This document shows positions 33,870 to 40,766 of a DNA stretch of 64,000 nt, in pieces. The notes beneath the pieces are model-generated. The model was given only the letters and a program-made list of their open reading frames with translations. It ran no database searches and was not told the origin of the DNA. The DNA comes from Verrucomicrobiota bacterium. Lineage in GTDB: Bacteria; Verrucomicrobiota; Verrucomicrobiia; Verrucomicrobiales; JBCCJK01. How positions within the stretch are numbered: position 1 is the first letter of the stretch; each line of letters starts with the position of its first letter. The translations under genes and the position numbers were made by a program. The stretch spans positions 11,603 through 75,602 of the forward strand of contig JBCCJK010000003.1 in assembly GCA_039027815.1 (NCBI GenBank). The letters are read 5' to 3'.

Positions 33870-34319
33870 ATGCGCCGTTCTTTCCAACCTCACTTTTGGC
33901 TTTCCCTTCTTCTAGCGGTCTGGGCCGGATTGGTGATTGGGATTTCGTTCATTGAGGCGCCGCTCAAGTTCCAGGCACCCGGGATCACACGGGAGCTGGG
34001 GCTCGGTATTGGGCGGCTTGTTTTCGGGGCACTCAATAAGACGGAGATGGGCTTGCTGGCGGTCGTCTCTTTGCTGACGCTTCTCGGTTTTGCCCAACTG
34101 AAAATCGGCTTTCGCCTGACCTTTTTGGCTTTCTTCCTTCTGGTGGCCTTCCAGCTTTTTTTTCTTTTGCCCATCCTGGATGACCGGGCTGTCCGCCTCC
34201 TAGCGGGAGAGCCTCTCGCCCCCTCTTGGCACCATTTGGTTTATGGCATTCTCGAAGCCGCCAAGGTGGTGCTTCTTTTCAGCTTGTTTGCCCTGAGCTA
34301 CGGGCGCCGGGCGGCTTGA
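33870..34319 (+). CDS. small integral membrane protein (about four TM helices), function unknown
   Basis: 149 aa with four long hydrophobic segments. Good ATG start. Confidence 0.5.
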   Translation: MRRSFQPHFWLSLLLAVWAGLVIGISFIEAPLKFQAPGITRELGLGIGRLVFGALNKTEMGLLAVVSLLTLLGFAQLKIGFRLTFLAFFLLVAFQLFFLLPILDDRAVRLLAGEPLAPSWHHLVYGILEAAKVVLLFSLFALSYGRRAA

Positions 34320-34387
34320 CTGGCCCCGCTTTTCCTGAGAGAGAGCTGCCACTTGCTCGGCCGAAAGCCCGCCGCTAGCCTGCCGTC

Positions 34388-35707
34388 ATGCCTGCTTTCC
34401 GCTGGTCGCACCTGCTCGTCCCCCTGCTGCTGTTGGCCCTCGGGACGGTTTTGATTCGCCTCCAAGGAATCGATCTGCGCTGGATGCAGCCCTTTTTCCG
34501 CGAGGGCGAGTGGCATTGGGCCGATTCGTGGCTTTTTGCTTTTCTTTATCGCTCGGGGACCACCCCGGCCATTGTCTGCGTGGTTTTGGCTCTTGTGGTG
34601 CTCGGCTTGGGCTTTGTGCGCCCACCTTGGGCCCGCTTCCGCAAGCTTTCCCTCTTCGCGGTCGTGGTCATGGTTTTGGGGCCAGGGCTATTGGTGAACG
34701 CTCTTCTCAAGGACCAGTGGGGACGGCCTCGGCCTCGCGAGGTGGTCCCCTTCGATGGGCCGCATGCCTTCGAGCCCGTTCTGACCATCGATCCCAGCAG
34801 TCCCGGCAAGTCCTTTCCCTGCGGTCATTGCTCTATGGGGTTTTATTTTTGTGCCGGCTACCTTTTGCTCCGCCGCTCCCAGCCCCGCGCCGCTTGGGGC
34901 CTGCTCCTCGGTGGGCTGGCTTTTGGTTCGCTCATGGGGCTGACTCGGATGGCGCAGGGAGGGCATTTCCCAAGCGATGTTCTCTGGTCGGCCGGTTCCG
35001 TCTGGTTCGCTGCCCTCCTGGCCTTTCCACTTTGCCGACTGCACCGAGGTTTCTGGTGTGAGGTTCCCGCGAGCGCTCCCTCGCTCAAAAAGGTCTTGGC
35101 CTGCCTCGGAAGCGGGCTCTTGGCCCTGGGCGCTCTTTTTCTTCTGCTGCTAGCCACTCCCATTGAGCTGGCAGAGCGCTTCGGCAGCCCCTTGGCGGAG
35201 CCGCCCACGCATTGTCGCTTTCAGTTGGTAGCAGGTGAGGTTTCTCTACGGCTCGGGGAGACTTATGCGGTCGAAGTGACCTCGGTCGGACATGGCTTGC
35301 CCGGGGCGGGCATTCGCTCGCGGGTCGGCGATCATGAACCGCGTCCAGGAGTCCGCCATCTCGATTTCAAGCAGCGGGTCAGCGGGGTCACCAGTGAGCT
35401 GGTCCAGGGCTTGGACATCGAGATCCCTCAAAGCGCGCTGGAGGAGATCGACCTGACCCTGCCCGAGGGCGATTTGACGGCCGATCTCACGGATTGGAAA
35501 GGCACCGGCAAGCTGCGGCTCGAGATTCTCGGGGCTGGTTCGGCCAAGATTCTTCTGCCCGTGGATGCTCGCCTCGAGGAGGGGGCGACCCAACGAGTCG
35601 GACAAGGTCGTTGGCAACTCGAGGGGGCCGCTGGCTGGAAACTCGATCTGGAATACTCGCTAGGAGAGGGAGCCCTGACCCTGCAAAGAGGCCCTTCACC
35701 GCCATGA
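34388..35707 (+). CDS. PAP2-family membrane phosphatase with a ~200-aa C-terminal extension
   Basis: All three PAP2 motifs are present: KDQWGRPRP (Kx6RP), FPCGH (PSGH variant) and TRMAQGGHFPSD (SRx5Hx3D). Confidence 0.75.
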   Translation: MPAFRWSHLLVPLLLLALGTVLIRLQGIDLRWMQPFFREGEWHWADSWLFAFLYRSGTTPAIVCVVLALVVLGLGFVRPPWARFRKLSLFAVVVMVLGPGLLVNALLKDQWGRPRPREVVPFDGPHAFEPVLTIDPSSPGKSFPCGHCSMGFYFCAGYLLLRRSQPRAAWGLLLGGLAFGSLMGLTRMAQGGHFPSDVLWSAGSVWFAALLAFPLCRLHRGFWCEVPASAPSLKKVLACLGSGLLALGALFLLLLATPIELAERFGSPLAEPPTHCRFQLVAGEVSLRLGETYAVEVTSVGHGLPGAGIRSRVGDHEPRPGVRHLDFKQRVSGVTSELVQGLDIEIPQSALEEIDLTLPEGDLTADLTDWKGTGKLRLEILGAGSAKILLPVDARLEEGATQRVGQGRWQLEGAAGWKLDLEYSLGEGALTLQRGPSPP

Positions 35708-36663
35708 AGACTTGGTTCTTACGACGCTTGGAAAATCTGTTGCAGGTCGGGCTGCTTTTGGGGGCCATCGCCACGCTCCTCTCCTATGCGGGGACGTTCT
35801 TCTACCAATGGCAGATTGACCTTTTCTCCCACTTTCATTTGCAGTTGGGGCTGGGCTGCTTGGCGGTGGCGGGGGGGCTGCTCCTTTTTCGCAGTTGGCT
35901 TCTAGCCGGGCTGGGCTTGCTGCTTTCGGCGGCCCATTGGCTTTCAGTGAGCTATTATTTCATGGGGAGTCCGGTGGTGCCCAAACCAGAAGGTGCCCCC
36001 ACCCTTTCCGTGCTTACTTTCAATGTCCTGGCTTCCAATCAGGAAAGAAGCGCCCTCTGGAGTTACCTGACCGAGGACCCGCCCGACGTGGTGCTGCTGC
36101 AAGAGATTGACCGCGAGTGGGCCCGCTTTCTGGCTCAAAAAGACGGCCCTTGGGAGCACAAGTATTTGCAGCCCCGCGGGCGAATCGAAGGACACGCCCT
36201 TCTTTCCCGCTTTCCCTTGAAGGGTATGGGGATGCTCAATCCCAATGGAACCGAGGCGGTGGGAATCGCTTTTGCCACCATCCAGCCCGCGGGCGCGCCG
36301 GCCGTGCGATTCTTTTCAGTGCACCCTTTGCCCTCACTCAACGCCGAACTGGAGAAGAAGAGCCTGCATTACCTGGAAGCGCTGGCCGAGGAGGTAGCCC
36401 GCGAAGAAGGCTTGGTGGTGGTGGCAGGCGATTTCAACCGAACGCCGTGGTCGCCTCCTCTGGCCGAATTTCTCAAGACCACTGCCCTCGTCGATGTGCG
36501 CCGTGGCGGGGGCTTCCCGCCGACTTGGAAACGCTTCACCCTTTTGGGCCTTCCCATTGATCACCTCTTGGTCTCGCGCGGGATCTCGGTCCTCGACCAG
36601 CGGGTCGGACCCGCCCTTGGTTCGGATCACCATCCGGTCCGTGCCGAGCTGGCTTTGCCCTGA
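35704..36663 (+). CDS. membrane-anchored endonuclease/exonuclease/phosphatase (EEP) family protein
   Basis: ATGA overlap with the PAP2 stop. N-terminal TM helices, then VVLLQE, AGDFNRTPW and GSDHHPV EEP motifs. Confidence 0.7.
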   Translation: MKTWFLRRLENLLQVGLLLGAIATLLSYAGTFFYQWQIDLFSHFHLQLGLGCLAVAGGLLLFRSWLLAGLGLLLSAAHWLSVSYYFMGSPVVPKPEGAPTLSVLTFNVLASNQERSALWSYLTEDPPDVVLLQEIDREWARFLAQKDGPWEHKYLQPRGRIEGHALLSRFPLKGMGMLNPNGTEAVGIAFATIQPAGAPAVRFFSVHPLPSLNAELEKKSLHYLEALAEEVAREEGLVVVAGDFNRTPWSPPLAEFLKTTALVDVRRGGGFPPTWKRFTLLGLPIDHLLVSRGISVLDQRVGPALGSDHHPVRAELALP

Positions 36664-36723
36664 TGAGGATCGGAGCGTCTGTGACCCAGCGGAAGGACCA
36701 GCTGGGAGAGGGGTCGCTTGCGA

Positions 36724-37347
36724 TCAGGGGGGCGGACCTTTTGGCCCACGCTTTTGGCCTTTGCCTTTCTTCTTGGACGCTTTGCCTTTCTTTTTGCGCG
36801 CGGCCTTCCGTCGCTTTTTGAGCTTTTTCGCGAGCTTGACCCGATAGTCCTGCCCCACGATGTAGCCGCAGCAGTCGTCCGTGCCACAGAGGCAGGGGTG
36901 ATCCTCGAAGTCGTCCAGATCAAAGCCGTAGTCGAAGCTAAGTTCCTCGCCCTTTCGGATCTTCTTGAGGGCCACCACCCAAATGCGGTCCTGATCGATT
37001 TCGGTTTCGCAGTTGGGCTGGCAGGAGTGGTTGATCAAGCGGGCGGTGTTGTAGTCGAAATTGCCATCGATGTCCCACTCGTCATTGAGGATGAAGACAT
37101 AGACGGCGGCTTCCCCGGTTTGTTTGGCCTTCTCGGCTTGGGCCAGCCCGCGGCGGTTGCCTTCGTCTTTCGTTACCTTTTCGCCCGCGTAGGCGATGAC
37201 GGGCCAGCCCTTTCGGATGGTCTCGGTGGCAAAGACCCCTTGGCCGTGGATGACCGAGTTCCGGGCCTCGCAGAAAGGGGAGGTCCCCGGCTCGCTTTCC
37301 TGCAAGAGGGCCCAGGCTTCTTCGAGGGTGGTCGGGAGCGCCTTCAT
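36724..37347 (-). CDS. SET-domain protein-lysine methyltransferase with post-SET Cys cluster and a lysine-rich C-terminal tail
   Basis: NHSCQPNC and ELSFDYG SET motifs, CLCGTDDCCGY post-SET motif, and the tail KLAKKLKKRRKAARKKKGKASKKKGKGQKRGPKGPPP. Confidence 0.8.
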   Translation of the reverse strand: MKALPTTLEEAWALLQESEPGTSPFCEARNSVIHGQGVFATETIRKGWPVIAYAGEKVTKDEGNRRGLAQAEKAKQTGEAAVYVFILNDEWDIDGNFDYNTARLINHSCQPNCETEIDQDRIWVVALKKIRKGEELSFDYGFDLDDFEDHPCLCGTDDCCGYIVGQDYRVKLAKKLKKRRKAARKKKGKASKKKGKGQKRGPKGPPP

Positions 37348-37784
37348 GGGCGGAGGCGCTGCAAATTGATGGCTCGATCGACTTCTTCGAACTCGCGCAA
37401 GAGCGCTTGATTGCGCGCGCTGAGGTCCCCCAAGAGCGCGGTGATTTCCCCCACGCGCTTGCGAAGTTCGGATTGATCGAGGGAGCGACGCTGGTCGTCG
37501 AGCTCTTGCTGCATGACGTAGGCATCCCGCTCGATGGCTTGCAGCTCCTGACGGGCTCGCTCGGTCCGCCGATCATTTTCCTCCAAAAGCCCCTCCAACC
37601 ATTCGCGGCGCTGGGCCATCCGCTCGCCGTAGGTCGACTCGAGAATGAAAAACTCTCCTCCGCTTTCTTTTCCTTCTCTCGATTCCTGAGGAGGGCCGCA
37701 AGAGACCAGCAGCCACAGGCTCGCACCGAGGCACAAGCCGGAGAGCGGGCTGCGGAAGGAGGGCATCCCACCATGGTCCCGCAT
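37344..37784 (-). CDS. coiled-coil lipoprotein (lipobox LLVSCG), function unknown
   Basis: Signal peptide plus Cys lipobox, then a heptad-rich region. ATGA overlap with the SET gene start. An alternative start is ATG 37766. Confidence 0.55.
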   Translation of the reverse strand: MRDHGGMPSFRSPLSGLCLGASLWLLVSCGPPQESREGKESGGEFFILESTYGERMAQRREWLEGLLEENDRRTERARQELQAIERDAYVMQQELDDQRRSLDQSELRKRVGEITALLGDLSARNQALLREFEEVDRAINLQRLRP

Positions 37785-37954
37785 CTACCAAAGGAAGCAA
37801 GCGGCGGCCCCGCGGCTTTCTCCCGACCTTCTGAAGGGAGAGAGGCGGTGCTTTCTGGCATTTTGGCCCAGCCCGGCGCGGCTTTTTGCTCGCGCCTTGG
37901 TCTGGGCCAGAATATACCTGGCTTTGCTGCCAGTTCAGGGTGAAGCGCAGACTT

Positions 37955-38160
37955 ATACCAACCTCCAGAATTCACTGTTAGAATGGAGGGAAGGTGGAGT
38001 GGGGAAGAGGCGCTGAAGCGCGGGGAAGGAAGAGCCGGTGTCTTTCGAGCCAGTCCTGCGTTGCTCCTAGGTTACGGTGCCTGCACCGCGCCCTCGTCGC
38101 GCCTTGGTCTGGCCCGAAATCCACTCGGCCATTCTACCAGCCAATTCTGCAGCTTGGTAT
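37955..38160 (-). repeat. 206-bp TIR-bounded MITE-like element, copy b (inverted orientation)
   Basis: The reverse complement aligns over its full length to copies a, c and d. Confidence 0.9.
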
Positions 38161-38333
38161 TAGAGTCCGACGGGGCCTCCCAAGACGCGCCGAGGGCCTG
38201 CGTAGGCCGCGGAATGATTTTCCGCTTCGAGGGCGTGCAGTTTGTGAGCCACGATGCGCAGCTCTTCTTTTAGGACGGCCACCTCTTGTTCGAGGTAGGT
38301 GATTTGGGTTTGTAGTTGGGGTTTGGTTGTCAT
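38160..38333 (-). CDS. 57-codon coiled-coil ORF (below the ORF-track size cut-off)
   Basis: MTTKPQLQTQITYLEQEVAVLKEELRIVAHKLHALEAENHSAAYAGPRRVLGGPVGL. ATG at 38333; TAA at 38162-38160. Confidence 0.3.
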   Translation of the reverse strand: MTTKPQLQTQITYLEQEVAVLKEELRIVAHKLHALEAENHSAAYAGPRRVLGGPVGL

Positions 38334-38493
38334 GACCTTGTGGGTTTGGGGTGAAGACCCGGGCCATTGGAGGGGGTAACTTGTTTATACGAGATCGGGC
38401 GGGTTCTTGGCAAGACTTCTTGTCACTTTCGTCGCGCGCCCTTCCCTGAAAATCACTTGCAAGCAACCGTCCTGCAGCAAGGACTAGTCCGCG

Positions 38494-38979
38494 ATGGTGC
38501 CAGCTCCTTTCCGCATTCTCTTCGTCTGCATGGGCAATATTTGTCGCTCGCCCGCGGCCGAAAACGTCATGCGCTCCCTCATCGAAGAGGAAGGGCTCGG
38601 CCAGCAACTAGCCTGCGATTCCGCTGGAACCATTGGCTACCATCAGGGCAATCCCCCGGATGAGCGTATGAGCGCGGCCGGACAGGAGCGGGGCTACCCC
38701 TTCACGGGGAGCGCTCGCCAAGTGGAGCCCCAGGATCTTCAGGACTTCCATCTCGTCTTGGCCATGGACCACGCCAATTTGAAGGATTTGCAGCGAATGC
38801 GGGTCCCAAAAGGCGTCGAGCCCCGTCTTTTCTGTGAGTTCTGCCGCGAACACGAAGAAAGCGCGGTGCCCGATCCCTATTATGGGGGCGATGCCGGCTT
38901 TCGCCATGTCTTGGACTTGATCGAGGACGGGTGTCGTGGAATCCTTGCTACCTGGCGAGCGGGCGGTTTCTCCTCCTAA
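38494..38979 (+). CDS. low-molecular-weight protein tyrosine phosphatase
   Basis: ILFVCMGNICRSPAAE (CX5R P-loop) and the DPYYG aspartate loop. Confidence 0.85.
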   Translation: MVPAPFRILFVCMGNICRSPAAENVMRSLIEEEGLGQQLACDSAGTIGYHQGNPPDERMSAAGQERGYPFTGSARQVEPQDLQDFHLVLAMDHANLKDLQRMRVPKGVEPRLFCEFCREHEESAVPDPYYGGDAGFRHVLDLIEDGCRGILATWRAGGFSS

Positions 38980-39006
38980 AGCACCGCCTCCCTTTCCGAG
39001 TCTTTT

Positions 39007-39438
39007 ATGAAACGCTTTCTTCTGCTCCTGACCGTTCTCGGCTTTTCTTGGTCCTTGGCCCAAGAACGGGAACCGGAAGAGGCGGAGGAGCCGGCGCCTG
39101 AGGCCTTGTCCCACGAGCTGGAGAAGATTCGCGCCTATGTCAGCAAGCGCATTTATGTCACAGGCCAGGTGGTGGAGACCAGCCGGAACCAAGGTGGCTT
39201 CGAGTTCCTGCACTTCGACGGCGATCGCAGCTTCCTCGTCGTGATCTCGCCGGATGATGTGCCCAAGTTCGGCCAAGGAGGGCCCATTGCCCGCTACCAA
39301 GGGGAGTGGATTCGCTTCTACGGGGAGGTGGAACGCTTCGCCGATTCTCTCCAAATTCGCATCACTTCGCCAGAGCAGGTCAAGATCGCGACCGAGGCCA
39401 GCGCCTCTCGCCTCACGGAGCGAGAGGGTTCTCAGTGA
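39007..39438 (+). CDS. secreted hypothetical protein
   Basis: N-terminal signal peptide MKRFLLLLTVLGFSWSLAQE. No recognised family. Confidence 0.45.
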   Translation: MKRFLLLLTVLGFSWSLAQEREPEEAEEPAPEALSHELEKIRAYVSKRIYVTGQVVETSRNQGGFEFLHFDGDRSFLVVISPDDVPKFGQGGPIARYQGEWIRFYGEVERFADSLQIRITSPEQVKIATEASASRLTEREGSQ

Positions 39439-40753
39439 CGGTCGAGGCCGCGTCGAGGACCCAGCCATCCGCTACAAACTGATGGATGATCACTTGGTTG
39501 GCCGCCGGGGGATTCTCCGGGTAAGCGATTTCTAAAACCATCATTTTTTCGGTCACCCCCAGGAGCTCGGAGCGGAGGCGCCGGTAGAGATCGCTCTGCC
39601 TCCGGACATAGCCATAAATGACGTGGTCCTCTTCCAAGTCCCGCAGGCGGAAGCATTCCCAGCTCTCTTCACCCCGCTCCACCTCGAGGCTACCGCGAAA
39701 ACCGAAATTGAAGTAACTGTCCTGGCTGGCAACCACCCGGAAGGTCTGCGGAGTGAGCGGTCGCTCTTCTTGGAAGGCCTCCCAGCTCATATCACAGAAA
39801 GCGACGAAACTCTCCCAATCGATTCGGGGCTCTCGTTGACTGAAATCAATCGCCAAGAAGATCTCGCCAAAGTCTTGCCGCTCGACCGCTAGAGCGAGAA
39901 TGGCATCTCGGAAATTGAGGCTGCCATCAGTGGCAATCCCACGGTGGGGATAGGGGCCATCTTCGTTCTCCTGGTAATACCTTTCCATCAAAGGGCGGAC
40001 TCGCTCCGGCTCCCGGACATACTGAATCCTTTCTTGCCAAGTTTCGGCTGCCAGAAAGGCTTCGGCGACTGGCTTGGCCTCTCGATACTTTTCCCAGGCC
40101 ACGCTCACATTGATTTCCTCGGACTCCTCGGTCGCTTGAGGGCCTGGTTCAAACTCAAGCTCAGCCAACAAGAAGCTCGGCTGGGTTTCTTCCGCCTCAT
40201 CGGATGCTTTCACCGAGTTCCAACCCGTTCGCCCCAAGGCAAAAAGAGTTACTCCACCCAGGAGGAGAGCGCTCACCGCGAGCGCTCCATAACGCACCCA
40301 GGGAGGCAGATTCCCCGTCTCACTCCCGGCCGACTCCGTCCGGGCCTTCTCCCAAGTCGGTTGCTGCTCGATCGGTTCGGAAGGCACCATTTTGGGGACG
40401 GGCCGGTCTCCTTTGGGAGGCTCTTCTTTTTTTGTTTCGAGCTTGGCCACGATGGGGAGCTTTTCCTCGGGCTCTTCCACAGTGATGAGGAAGCCGGAGT
40501 CGGGCTCCTCTTTGATCACCTGCTCCGCCGGTTCCGAAACAGGCGCGGCCGCGGGCGGTGCCGGGGGCATTGGCTCCCTCTCCACAGGCTCCGGCTCTTG
40601 GGGAAACTCTCCCGGTGGGAAGGTCTGAAGGAGGTAATTGCAATGCGGACAACAGATCCCCGCTCCCGCTTTGGCCACTTCCATGCGCAGGAGTTCCGGG
40701 CACTTCGGGCAACTGAGAATCATCCACTCGGACTCCTTGAGGGCAGCTGGCAT
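39413..40753 (-). CDS. zinc-ribbon / single-TM protein with Pro/Glu-rich linker and a conserved-looking C-terminal domain, function unknown
   Basis: CPKCP...CPHC ribbon and a TM segment WVRYGALAVSALLLGGVTLFAL. The start at ATG 40753 is 14 nt after the PBP1A stop. The N-terminal 109 aa of the ORF in the track lie inside the PBP gene. Confidence 0.55.
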   Translation of the reverse strand: MPAALKESEWMILSCPKCPELLRMEVAKAGAGICCPHCNYLLQTFPPGEFPQEPEPVEREPMPPAPPAAAPVSEPAEQVIKEEPDSGFLITVEEPEEKLPIVAKLETKKEEPPKGDRPVPKMVPSEPIEQQPTWEKARTESAGSETGNLPPWVRYGALAVSALLLGGVTLFALGRTGWNSVKASDEAEETQPSFLLAELEFEPGPQATEESEEINVSVAWEKYREAKPVAEAFLAAETWQERIQYVREPERVRPLMERYYQENEDGPYPHRGIATDGSLNFRDAILALAVERQDFGEIFLAIDFSQREPRIDWESFVAFCDMSWEAFQEERPLTPQTFRVVASQDSYFNFGFRGSLEVERGEESWECFRLRDLEEDHVIYGYVRRQSDLYRRLRSELLGVTEKMMVLEIAYPENPPAANQVIIHQFVADGWVLDAASTVTENPLAP

Positions 40754-40766
40754 CGTCGACAACTGG

